DNA from: Azolla caroliniana
Lineage: Eukaryota > Plantae > Polypodiophyta
NCBI GenBank assembly: GCA_043228905.1
Contig: JBHGNT010000009.1
Span: 12,400,001-12,464,000, forward strand
Reading direction: 5' to 3'
DNA length: 64,000 nt
Positions within the stretch are counted from its first letter, which is position 1. Each line of letters opens with the position of its first letter. Below the pieces are notes generated by a model. The model worked only from the letters and a program-made list of their open reading frames with translations, was not told the origin of the DNA and searched no databases. The position numbers and the translations under genes are program-made. Of this stretch, positions 38,601-51,200 are shown piece by piece.

Positions 38601-40623
38601 ATCCCCTGAACATTGTTGTCTGGGCTGGTCCCCACACATCTGAATGTACGACATCCAGGATTCCTTTGCTCACATTCCACTCTTTAGGGAATGGGTGACG
38701 ACGTTGCATTCCGAACTGACATGCTTCGCATACGCCTGTAATCTCCTTCGCCGTAAAGTTATGGAGTCCGACTACGACTCCTTTCGATTGCATGTTCTGG
38801 AGCTTTTGGAGATTGATGTGGCCGATTCTCTTGTGCCACAGTTTCAAGTCGGTTTCGACTTTCTGACCCTTTGCAAACATGGCCGACTTTACCTCGCTTG
38901 ATTCGAGGATGAACATATGGCCTTCACGACGGCCATGAGCTATGACTTGATCGCCTTTTTCGATGAAGCGCCCATCGTTATTGAAGCGTACTTGCATTCC
39001 TTGTTCGACAATCTGGCCAACCAAGACCGGGTTTTTCGTAATAGTGGGGACATGCAACAAGTTCTTGAGGTAGGTCTGTTTGCCATCGTTTTCGAATGGG
39101 ACGTTCCCAATATGTTGTATTGGGTGAGTCGTGTCATCTCCTATTTCGACATATTCGGGACGTTCGGGCTTCCGTAGTTCCCGAAACCAATCTTCATGGG
39201 ATGTCATGTGATTGGATGCTCCCGAATTGACAAACCATACGTTGTTCGGAGTGGAAGCGGTAGTTGACGGAAGTGCGGCCATTGAGTGTGCTTCGTGCTT
39301 CATTATTAACATTCTGTCGCGGTCTCCGTTGTTGGAGTTCGTGGCGTAATTTGTTAGTTGTCGGCCTTGCTTACGCTTCTTCTTCCAACACTCCTCTTTG
39401 TAGTGGCCAGGTTTTCCCCAGTACCCGCACTCAACTGGGTTCCTACGGTTGCTTGGTCTAGCGTGATGACTCCCCCTTCCGCCAAACTCTCTGGGGCAGT
39501 TTTTGTCTGCTTGCCATTGGTGGGAGTTACGTTCTTGGTTGTGTCGGCCTTGGCCGAATCGACCTCTCCTTCCGTGGCTTGGTCCTCTTCCTCCATCGAA
39601 GTTCGAATATAGCATTTGTCCGTCATGCGCGTTGTTCCTTTGACACACGTGATTCTCTTCGACTAGCAACAATGATTGGAGATCAAAAAAGGAGGGAGGA
39701 TTCTCTCTCGCAAGAACGGCCGATCTTATTGCGCCAAATCGCGGTGCCAAGCCACCGAGGCATATCTGCACCATTTCTTCGTTGTCAATGCTAACATTGA
39801 TTGATCCAAGGGCATCGCACAACTCCTTGATCTTTAAGGTGTAGTTGCCGATTGACATGTCCCTTTGTTGAAGATTGTTCAGCTCCTGTCGAAGTTAGAG
39901 CTTTTGTGTGGCCGTATTCGCTGCGAAAATATTCTTGAGGTTTTCCCACGCCTGCTTCGGCGTTTTTGCCTCTCGAATGTAGCCAAGCATATGATCATGA
40001 ACGCATGATGCAAGGCAATACAACACACGGCTTGCAGCCTGCTCCCAAGAGGGATAGTCGGCGTGTGTTGGGTTGGGTTGTGATTCGTGAGCTCCTTCGA
40101 TGTGGCTCTAGTAGCCTTTTTAGACAAGGTATTGATGCATCTTGTATTCCCAAGATGCAAAGTTCATTCTGTCAAGCTTCTCGGTAGGAAGAGCGCTTCC
40201 CATTTGAGTATTCATGGTGATTTCTTCTCTATTGATGGGCTGGTTCTGTTGATCATTGGCGTGCAGCACAACACAGTCGAATAGGCTTAATTAGGCCACC
40301 ACACGCTCTGATACCATGTAACGGAATGAGAGGCAAGAGTGATTGCAATACAACGGAACATGATTGAGTGTGTGTGTGTGTGTGTGTGTGTGAGGCAACA
40401 GAGGGAGAGAGAGAGAGAGCACTTAAAGCAAAGATAGAAAAACTGTGTATTAACCAAAAATACATCAACATAAAACATCCAACAGTAACTAAGTTACAAT
40501 GCGTTGGTTTATATACCAACTAAGCTACGACAAGTGCCCTTTCTATTATTTACAGAACTAGCCCAACATGTCCATGAGCTAGTGTTGAACCTATCGATGG
40601 GAAGTTGAGTTCGACTCTCAACA
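35605..40623 (-). mobile_element. Complete but degenerate Copia K
   Basis: LTRs 35605-35895 and 40317-40623, PBS-Met 40305-40316 abutting the LTR, TSD AAACT/AAACC. Confidence 0.94.
36033..40215 (-). pseudogene. gag-pol: Copia K gag-pol, fragmented
   Basis: ORFs 38596-39858 (gag-PR-IN start), 38032-38415 (IN), 36033-37304 (RT YVDD, RNase H). Confidence 0.92.
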
Positions 40624-40996
40624 AAACCATCGTTTCACGAACTTTCGAGTAGTGCTATGCTAATTATCAAGGTTGCTATCATAGACAAGTCCCCAATCTC
40701 CTTCTTCAATTTTTCTTAGACGAAGACAATGTTTTTTATCAAAATTCTCCTTGTTCCTCAATCGAGTTCACGTAACTATTCTATTGCTAACTCAACATCT
40801 TTGGGTCTCCGTTCTAATTGTTGGATCCTTGTAGCTAGCAAGTCTTCTTAACTCATCTCCTCTTGCCATGGTAAAGCCGTCCATGAGGTAACACTTTGCT
40901 CGATAGGCATTATTGGTTTTTGCCCTAATATGAGCTCGGCCGACATATATCCTGTAGTCATGCTCTGTGCAGTTCTATCGGCCCACAATGCATATG

Positions 40997-43535
40997 CTAA
41001 CAATGATGTGCATCCCCAAAATCTGTCTTGCCAGACCCAAATCTTTCCTTCAAAAGGTCCGATTTAGAGCCTTCTTCCGCATTCGGATCTTTATTTGGTC
41101 TCGTCCGATGATCAACATGTCGTCCACATATAACAGGAGTATCAGGAAGTCGCTTCCATCAAATTTCTTCACGAACACGTAGTGGTCGGCCTGTGTCTTG
41201 TGGTATCCTTGGTCGGTCATGAAGGAGTCGAACTTCCGGTACCATTGCCGGGGGAGCTTGCTTCAGTCCGTTGTCGAGAAAATCCTCACAAATGCGTAGA
41301 AGCTGGGCAGGACCACGGGGGTCTTGAACCAAGGAATCAAGAAGTGAGGAGGAAGAGTCTGTGGTTTACGTAAGCCCTGAGATCGCAGCTAAACAGAGAA
41401 GGTTAGCAAAACGAGAGAGAGTGTGTAAGAGGATCACGTGTAGACACAGGCGCAAACAGAGGTGTTGAGAACAACTTGAGTTAGGTGGATGGGTTTCTAT
41501 TAATCAAAACATGCGCGTAGCGCTGTGGGGAATTACAACCGGATCAGTGCCAGTGATAGAGCATAGAGCTCTACAGTAGTTAGATGCAAAGGTACGTAGG
41601 CACGCAGAAGGTCGATCCCCCCGGTCGGGAGCACTCGGGCGTCTGACGTGAGCAGGGGGAAGCGTCTTCCGATGATACCTCATAGGACTCGTCGTTCCTT
41701 CTTCTGGTTGTTTCTTCTCTCCTCTCTAGATCACCTTTTCTTTTTTTCCTCAAAAATGACATCCCCGCAAAAAGTCAAAGGTCGCCCCTTTTATAGCACA
41801 AGGAGCGACCGTTACAAGGCATTCATGACTTGTCGCTTTCCCTTCCTAGATTCTCCCCCCTAATTCGCTCTCCTCGTAACTCTCCCTACTTACGCGATGT
41901 CTGAATCCCTATTAATGGCTTAACTACCTAGTACACCTCCTTCTATCTATGCCTAGTACTTACACTATTTAATTCACTAGGGGTGTGCACTCGTGCACAC
42001 CAGTGCTCCCTCGCGTTTCACATTATTTCCACCTATGGCCCGGAATCTTCATGACACCGTATAAGCTCTTTTCACCCGACACACCAGGTGCTCCTTCCCT
42101 TTCTTGACAAATTCCTCCGGCTGCTGCATGTAGATCTCTTCTTCGAGGTCACCGTGCAGGATCACCGTCTTGACGTCTAACTGCTCGACTTCGAGGTCCA
42201 TGCTTTCCGTAATGCTCAACACAGTCTGGATGGATGTCATCTTTACTACCAGGGCAAAGATCTCATCGAAATCCACTCCTTTCTTTTGCTGGAAGCCCTT
42301 CACCACAATAGGGGCCTTATACCTTGTTGGATTTCCGATGTCTCCTGGGTTCAACTTGTACACCCACTTGTTCCGGAGTGCTCTCTTTCCTTTCGGCAAC
42401 TTCGTCAATTCATATGTGTGGTTCTCATGCAAGGAATCCATCTCATCCTATATGGCACTTAACCACTTGCGGTTGTGGGTGTCTTTCTTTGTTTCTTCAA
42501 AGCTTTCCGGCTCCTCCTCATCGATCAATAACACATGCTGTGCATCCGGAAATCTCCGGGGGGACCTTCTCTCTCTTAGAGGGTAACTCCGTCCTTGTTT
42601 TTCGACCACTGGCTCCTCCATCTGTTCTTCATCCGAATCTGATACGGGATCTTGTGTAGTTGCGGTGTTCGATTCTTCTTCGGTCGGTTCGGTTCTTTGT
42701 CCGAATCTGATCGGTTCATCATGGTCTTCAGCTGACATCCGGCTTCCAAATGGATGTGTCTTTGCATCTTCCAACCGATTTATGTCAGTCGACCCGGAGT
42801 CCACTATCTTCTTCTCCGACTCCCAATCGAAAATGGTCTTGTCTTCCATGAAGACTATGTCTCGACTCTGGAAGACCTTTTTGTCGACCAAGTTCGACAC
42901 TTGGTAGCCGGACTCATCATCACCGTATCCAAGGAATATGCATGGCCAAGACTTTCTTGAAGACAGATAATACCTGGTCCTTCGTCTTTAGCGGTGAGAC
43001 CCACAGCTTCCGACCATGGTCGTCTATGAATGTCACGAAGTATTGTGATTTGGCATGTGACTTCGTGTCCACTTGACACATATCGGTATGCACCAACTCC
43101 AGTGGTGCATTTCGTCTCATTAGTGTTCTTGACTGGAAGGAGGTTCGTTTTTTCTTGCTGGCTAAACAATCGGTGCACTTCTCAAGATGCACGTATTTCA
43201 CCTCCGGAATCTGGTTGTCTTCGACAAGTCTTCGCATCCCCTTATGGCTTATGTGGGACAACCTTTTGTGCCACAACTCACCGGTAGTGTCGGATACCAT
43301 GTTCACTGCTTCTCGGCAGATGCGGGCATGCATCAGGTACAATGTGTTGATCTTTCGGGCTCTGTCCACGTTCAAGCTCCTTATGCTGAATTTCATTACT
43401 CCGTTCCGAATGCTACCCGTGTAGCCTTTGTCATCTAGTCAACCGGTTGATATCAACTTCAACCAAGCCTTGAGAACGTGTCAGACATCCTTCAACAACA
43501 ATTTGCAACCGGTTGAGGTCGTCAACCACACATCT
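40997..43535 (-). pseudogene. pol: Copia H fragment (IN-RT, internal deletion near 42950); contains a solo LTR
   Basis: ORFs 42920-43396, 42448-42900, 42049-42441; YGLKQAPRQW is restored across the solo LTR. Confidence 0.88.
41272..42056 (-). mobile_element. Solo LTR of the TGTCG clan
   Basis: TGTCGAG...ATGACA with exact 4-bp TSD CCGT (41268-41271 and 42057-42060). Confidence 0.9.
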
Positions 43536-45452
43536 TGTTAGGAATCGACCGGCCACAACCGGTTTCACGTTCGTGTGTAGAAACCAAGAACTAGTACACA
43601 GATAGAAGAACGTGAAGACACAGAGACACATATATTTTACATGGAAAACACGAAATGGGAAGAACCACGGAGGTCCACAAACCCCGAGAAAACAGATCAC
43701 TATAGAAGAGAGAAAGTACAAATACGGAACTTGGAGGCAACGACCTCGAGTTCTCCTTCGTCTGATAGACGGCTACAGAGTTACACTCTCACTCTCTCAC
43801 ACACTATTACAGAGGCAACTACCTCGTTTTAACTTTACAATAATGATCACACACACACACACACCTATAAAGTTTGCCCTAGTTTCTTATAAACAAAAGC
43901 AACTTTCTGGCTATTTAAAAGTATAGCCCCCCAAGAGGCATTTTAGACTATTTACAATTATAGTCTTCCGTAAAGATTTTGGTTTCCGATTTCGATATCG
44001 ATATCAGTTTTGGTTTTGGTTTCGGCCTCGGCCAAATTACCCTGGTGTCCTCGATTTTGGTTTCGGCCTTGGCCGAGTTACTCACCAAATCGGTTCTTCT
44101 CTTCCCATCTCGAGGGACATGTTTCCCAACAAACTCCCCCTTCACTCCGAGATGGGGTACTTCACCAAATTGGCTCTCTGTCGGCACACGTTTAGCCTTT
44201 CGGCTGACAACACCTTCGTTAGCATATTCGATCCATTTTTGGTTGTGTGGATCTTCAATAGAGCAAACTCCGTTTCTTCTACTCGCTCTCGGAACCAATG
44301 ATATCTTCTCTAGATGCGTTTGTTCCTCGAGTGGTAGGCGGCATTTTTTGCAAGGTCGATGGCACTATGGTTATTGTAATGGAGTTGGAATTCCTCCTGC
44401 CGAATTCCTAGTTCACCGATAAACTCATTCATCCATATGATTTCCTTACCGGCTTCCGCTGCGGCCATATATTCGGCTTCCATGATCAACAACACCACGG
44501 CCTTCTACAACCTCGACTGCCATGAAACGACTCCCCCTCCATAAGTCATTATCTACCCGGACTTGGATCGGCTAGTATCCACATAAGACGACATGTCCGA
44601 GTTAGTATAACCTTCTAGTGTGGGGTTACCCGAACCAAAACGAAGACACCCCGTTGGAGGTGCCTTTTAGGTACCCAATGCTCTCTTCTGGGGTTGCTCA
44701 TATATTGGCAAACCACGCCGACTGCTTATCCTATGTATGGCTTGGTACATACCATTGTGTACATCAGGCTTCCGACTACGGAGGCATAAGGAACCTTTGA
44801 CATCTTGGCCTTCTCAGTTTTCGATTTCGGACATTGTTCTATGCTTAGCTTGTAGTTTGTCGGTAGTGTCAAGCCGATTAGTTTCTCGCTTTCCATGCTG
44901 AATCTTTGGAGCACCTTTGTCACGCATTTTTCTTGTGACAATCATAACAATTTCTTTGTTCGATCCCGAACAAGGCCTTCTTCAGCACTTGGATCTTCGT
45001 ATGGGCCCGTTTGACAATCAACATGTCGTCTACGTACAACAGAAGGATGAGGAAATCTCCTCCGTCGAATTTCTTCACCTCATCGGTTAACAGTACACGC
45101 TCTTCATCCGGAAATCTTCAGGGGGTCCTCCTTTCTCTTAGGTCTCCATTCAGTATGGTCAGTTCTTCTTTGACTTCTTCGGTCGATTTGAATTCGGTTC
45201 CTTGTTCAACCATTTCCCGTCGCTCTTAAGTCGGTTCTCGATTTTGCCAAGTATTAAATCGGCCGACTGGGTTGGATTCATTTTCGATCGCATCGGTTTC
45301 TACTCGATTTGGTCGAGTGTCGACAATGCCACGACCTTCTCCAACCTTGACTCTCACAAAACAACTCCCCCTGCATAAGTCATTACGTACCCAGACTTGG
45401 ATCGACTGGTATCCACATCAGCCGACATATTCGAGTCAACATAACCTTCTAG
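43536..45452 (-). mobile_element. Copia 3' end (LTR 43536-44131, PPT, RNase H/RT, second shuffled block); probably the 3' half of B
   Basis: Minus-strand PPT at about 44132-44143; same shuffle junctions as 7100-7365. Confidence 0.85.
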
Positions 45453-46821
45453 TGGGGGTTTAGGTTCCTCCGGATGGAATTCAGATGAGAACCGGAGGCG
45501 CCGGATCAGACGAGTCGGATGAAGGAACCGGATCCGGAAAGGTTCCGGATGAGATCCGAAAACCGGATCGAGTGAATCCGGATGGATCTGGTGCAAACCG
45601 GATCCAAGGACATATTTGTAAATATGTTAGAGTAAGCCCACTGAGGTTATATTTGTAAATATCCCTAAGGTCATATGAGTATAAATATGACTTAGGGCAA
45701 TCACAAAAGTGTGTTGTTGTTGTATATTGTTATAGACAGAGAGACAGAGAGAGAGAGAGTGAGAGAGAGATACAGAACTAGTCGGTTTGGCGAAGACATA
45801 GAGCTTGAGGTCATTGCCTCTACGTCTCACATTGTATTCCTCCCCTTCATAGTGATAGTTGGAGTCTGTGGGCTCCTGTGGTTTTTCCCATTTAGGGTTT
45901 TCCACGTTAACATCCTGTGTCATCTTTGTTTTAGTTTGTTCTCTTCTATTCCTTGTTGAAGACTCGATTGTGGCCGAGCGTTATTTCCGTACAAATTGGT
46001 ATCAGAGTGAATAACATAGGAAATGGAAGAGTCGTTCGGCCGCATGTTCAAGTTCACTTGGTCCAACTACTCAGTGTGGAAGTCGAAGATGAGGGACATG
46101 TTGGTGGTTAAAGATCTTTGGTTGCTGGTACAGTTTGGGGACAAGAAACTGGATAAGATCGATGCTGCGACAGGCGATGCACATGAAGACGACAACATAC
46201 ATCTGGTGCTTCATTGACATGGGCTTGTACAACAACTTCAATGAAGAAAGTAAGACTCATGAACTCAAGGAGAAGGTCAGCATCATGTTCCAGAACAAAA
46301 ATGCCGTTAATAGGGTTTGGTATTCCGGAAGTTAGTGAGCCTCCGACACCAAGACAACTCCAGTATGGCGGAGCACATAAATGCCTTCCAGGGGCTAATA
46401 CACCGAGCCACCTCATTGGAAGTACCTCTTGTGGATGAGGTACTCACATTGCTCTTGCTCGGTTCCCTCCCGAATAGTTGGGAGACGTTAGTTGTCATGT
46501 CGGGTAACGTCGGGCCGGAACGAAAGCAGTTGTCCCTAGCAAGGGTAAAATCAAGCTTGCTAGATGAAAAAGCTTGCTGAAAGGACCAGGGCTCTGGAAC
46601 CGATCCGAAGGCATTGGTTATGGAAGATGACCACAACCGGGAAGAGGCCAGTATCGGAGTCCCCAAAACTGGGACAAATCGGGGACGAGGTCGAAGTCAA
46701 GGGGGAGGCCTACTTGCTTCTACTGTGGGAAGCTGGGGCACTTCTAGAAGAATTGTCGGCATTTCCGGAAAGAGAAAGGAACCGACAGTGCCGATTTGAA
46801 GAAGGGTTCTGACCGGAACGA
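45453..46821 (+). mobile_element. gag: Copia C, 5' half (LTR about 45453-45993, PBS 45997-46007, degenerate gag)
   Basis: LTR closely matches the reverse complement of 7707-8221; gag stops at ..KKGSDRN where the D LTR begins. Confidence 0.88.
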
Positions 46822-48216
46822 TGTCGTAAAGTTTTTCGCCAACGGTATGAAAATTGAATGGAATGTATAAAATTGAGTGTTGTTCTTCACACACAACATA
46901 AAACAATAATAGTGAAGATACTATTTTATACTAGTTTAATATCTTGGTACAAAAAGATGGATGTCTTCAAGACCTTTCAAATACACTTTACCACATAAGA
47001 AACAGACAACTAAGTGGCAAGTTATGTGGGTATAAAGTTTGCGAAGAAGAAGAGAAAAAACAAAACTATGAGATATCCCACATAGACAGGACAAATAAGG
47101 ATCCCAGAGTATATAAGGAGGGCCAAAATCTATTACTTTGTGTTTATGAGTGGATCATAGAATGTTCAAGATGACTTGAGCTAAACTAATCGGATGAATG
47201 GGTGTGGCCTAACTACTTGTAAAGGTTTTGGCCAACCGGAACTGGACAACGATCGGGACCGGATGGCGACGAACATGATCGGATTGAACCGGTCGGGACA
47301 AACAGATCGGTTGGTTGATTGCGGTGCATGGTGGTTTGAAGATTTTCGGTGTAAATACAAGACCAAAAGCCTAGTAGTATTTTGTGTTTTAAAAGGGATG
47401 TGAGCAAGGCTTGAACCTTGCACCTGCAAGATAGGATGCAATATGCTTAACAGTAAGCCAAGTCATTTCCGTAGAAGCTATATTTTTATCATTATAATTT
47501 TACATGTAAATTCTCATACATGAGAGCTTAGCTGATGACATGGCAAGCATGCATTGCATGCATTTCATGCATTACGTGCATGTCTTGCACCCTCACATGT
47601 ATCATATGTATGGGGGCATCTATAAAAGAGTGGAGGATTCAAGCAAATGAAACTAATGAAAAATTTGGGAAAAATAAGAAACTTGTAATCCTATTTTTGA
47701 TGTATCTTCTCTCTTAAATCTAAAATTTAAAAGTTCAATCTTTATCTCAATATCTCTCTTTCGTCATATCAATCTCTCTCAATCTATCTTAAATACTTTC
47801 TCACTAAAGTTAGTGCAAACTTCGAATCCTTCCGGTCTAGGACCCCAGTGGCTCTGCCTCACAATCCGCACGTAGTGATGGATCTTTACGACATAATTAA
47901 GTGGTGAACCCCACGTGAAAGAGGCGGTAGGAAGGATCAAGTCGAGGATCGACCGATACTTGGAGATGACATCCTCAAGCAATCAAGCGGGAGAGTTTGA
48001 AAGGATGATGCTAATTGTTGAACAAATGATGAGATCTCAAGACAATGATACGAGCGTGGAGAAGGCGTCGACCGCGTCGTAAAGCTCGAGGGTCAATTTG
48101 ATGGAAGGAACATTACGAAGCTCCTTGATGCATACAAAAGGGAGATGAATCGAAGGGACGACGCGGCAAATCACAAGTTTTAAGAGAGTGGTCGCCAACA
48201 ACATCCAAAAACTCGT
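46822..48216 (+). mobile_element. Gypsy D, 5' part (LTR 46822-47893, tRNA-Trp PBS 47902-47919, gag start)
   Basis: TGTCGT...ACGACA; TGGTGAACCCCACGTGAA; GQFDGRNITKLLDAYKREM gag motif. Confidence 0.88.
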
Positions 48217-51200
48217 TGTCGTAGTGTAGTCCGCACACTATGTGAAAAATATAAAAATAATATATCCGATTTAAGTACATATATATAAATAAAAGAAAAT
48301 ATTAAAATATTTATTACATGCATAGGCCAGGATTCAAACCCTACACCTCCATGTAAATAAACTAGAACTTTACCATTGTATTAACTTATCATAAGTGTTG
48401 TAAATATAGATTTAATAGGTATAAGACTTTTATTTATGCCTACCTTTATTAAAAAGTAAATCATGCATTTTTAGAGTGTGTGAATACTTTATTTACAAGA
48501 AAAATATAAACCAATAAAAAAATACTCGTGCACATCTAGCATGCGTGAGCACTATATTCAGGAAATAAAAGCATAGTGGAAAAAGCAACTCATGCACATT
48601 TAGTGTGCATGAACAGTTTAGAAAAAGCAGGAAGCTATGCTTAGTCTCTCCCATCCTTATATAAGGAGGAGAGAAAGATGTATATGGTTGTTGATTATTT
48701 TGGAAGGGAGGACCAATATAATATATTTGTGGGATTCACGAATTTGTCATCTAAATTGTCTCTTACTAACTAAATATTGATTAAATATACTAAACTCATG
48801 GGATTCACGAGTTTCATAACTTACCTCTCTTTCTATTTATTCATTACTAGCCTTATCTCATATTCTTCTTTCTCCTAGTCCAAAAACCTCATTGGTTCCC
48901 ACCCGATTCATGCAACGATCCGGAGCCGAAAGACACGATACAAGTGGTGAACCCGACGTGAAACCAGGTGGCAAGGAGATGGAAATTCAACCAGAGGCTA
49001 ACAACATGATGGCAATGATTGAGCGGATGCTACAAGAACAACACGTGATGTCGAAGATTGCGGCAACAGTAGAGCGGCTCATGCAACGGAACGATGTTAC
49101 CCGGCCGGCAAGAGGGCTAAAAGATGTCCAGACCAGAGTGTGAAAAGGGGAATTGTTATTTGGGAATCTGTTGTAATTACTAGTCTTAATATATTAATAT
49201 ATGAGAAGATGTGGACGGACAGACCGGAATCGATATGCCGATCCGGATCCGGACCGATCCCGAATAGGTGCCGGTTGGCACCATTTTGTACTCGCACAGG
49301 TGACCTATATAAAGGCCCGGTTACAATGTAGTCATTAACGGAGAGTAATATAAACCTTTTGTTTAATCATTGAGTATTGTTCACCGTTCTATGCTTATTG
49401 TATCTCTTACGCGTGTTAATGACGTATTGCGAAGTAACCTATTAAGGTCCAATTAAGCGTTGTGTCGTAAGTTATCTTGCCGTAACACCCTTTGGTGAAG
49501 TGTCTTAAGTGGACACCCTGTGTTAGGCTGTTGTCTGGCCCTAAGGATTAACAAATGGCCAATTCAATGGGAAAGATGTGTCACGGTATTTGCGAGATTA
49601 CAAGGCGGAAATGCTACGGTGCGGAATTTCGGAAGGATTACAAGTGACATCCTTCAGCCGGGTGGCGATCGACGGACTTCAAGGGAGTATCCACGGGATG
49701 CGACAACAAAATCGGACATGGGAAGCATTTGAAGAGGCCCTAAAGACCACGTTCGCCATCGAGGACTCCTCCAAGGCAACGAGGAGAGGATTCGAAGATT
49801 GGGTGGAAACACCGGACAGGGGGATGAAGGTCCTCGATGTGTTTTCAGCATTCGAAAGTCGATTCGGGAGGTTGTCCATGAGAGATCAAGATATCCTTGC
49901 ACCGGAAAAAGTGATCATGTTCCTACGAGCCATGGACGTCCGGGACCGGAAAGACCTTGGAGTGCTTCTGGAGGACACGACCACCGAGAGTGGCCTCACC
50001 GATACATGGGATAACATGCGAGATATCGTCGCACGATACACAAAGAGGGGGCAATGGCTTGCTAACGAAGAAAAGAGGGTTTCGGAACCGATTCCGAAAC
50101 CGAGATCCGGATTGGAAGACCATCAACCGCGGGCTTGGGAGACTACGACCGAGAAGGGAATCGACACAACCACGGTGGAGCAGTTGCTGAAGGAGATGGA
50201 GAATCTGAAAATCGTGATGGTGAAGAAGTTGGATGATTGTCCCACAAGTTCCAAGTATATGGACCATCGGTGTATATGGTGTGATAGCACCGAACATGAT
50301 CGGAGGGATTGCGACGAGCACAAGGACGTGTTACGATGAGATCTTATCTACTATGAGGGAAATCGGATTCATTCGATGGACTCTCGGAAGCCACTCTGAC
50401 CGAACTTCCGGAAAGGCGACATGCAGAAGGTCCTAGAGGAGGAAATAGCGGCGAAAGGTAATTATTCGACAACTGCGGGAATAAGTGTGGGTGAGTCATC
50501 AGGAGCAAAGGCATCTTTTTGGCCGAATGTGCTAGAAAACCCCGAGAAAACCGACACCAATGAGATTCGAAGCACCGCGGAAGGCATCCGTGAAGCTATG
50601 GGATGGGAGTGCCCCGTCGATAAGAATAGCGTGTACGCCTTATGTCAATTGCATGAAGTGTATATACACAAGAAACGACGGCGCACGGATGATGCGGCCG
50701 GACCATCAAAGACACCAGAAAGCTGGAACACCGGAGGGAAGGGAAAAGAAAAGACGATTCCGGCATTCAAGCTCGCCTCGGACATCGAACAATAAACGAA
50801 CTTGAAAAAAGTGTTCGAGGAGAGAATCCTCGATAGCTGGGTAGACTTTTCGCTTCGGGAATTACTCAGAATAGCGAAGAGGGAGTTCCACGATCTTCTT
50901 GTGGATCTCGTGAAGAGAAAAAGACAAATTACGGAGGAAAATGCTCGAAGAGTAAATGCGAACATGGTTTTAATGAATGATGCCGAATTGCAGGACGAAA
51001 TTCCAAACTCCCACTACACAAGGCCACATTGGGCACGTGCAACTACGGAGACTCCGGTCCAAATCGGCAACATCAAAGAGCCCGTGCTAGCATTGATTGA
51101 TCATGGATCAGAGATCAACGTGATATCCAAGGAGTTCTACCGGAAGGGGAAGTGGCCTATTAACACTAATCATGGATGGAAGATCCGGGCAGCCACTAAA

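Larger units (their letters stand above)
34591..40990 (-). mobile_element. Gypsy D3, 3' part (LTR 34591-35367, PPT, integrase tail); contains K
   Basis: TGTCGT...TCGATA termini, minus-strand PPT GGTGGGGTTGGA, integrase tail homologous to D at 35440-35604 and 40624-40990. Confidence 0.83.

Noticed and set aside
34574-43535. F and H as two halves of one element
   Set aside because: They overlap by 17 bp (AGATGTGTGGTTGACGA), too long for a TSD, and abut different LTRs.
49091-49558. Counting the 49095 solo LTR as a seventh CpG-targeted insertion
   Set aside because: Different termini (TGTTA..TAACA) and a degenerate, apparently 5-bp TSD.
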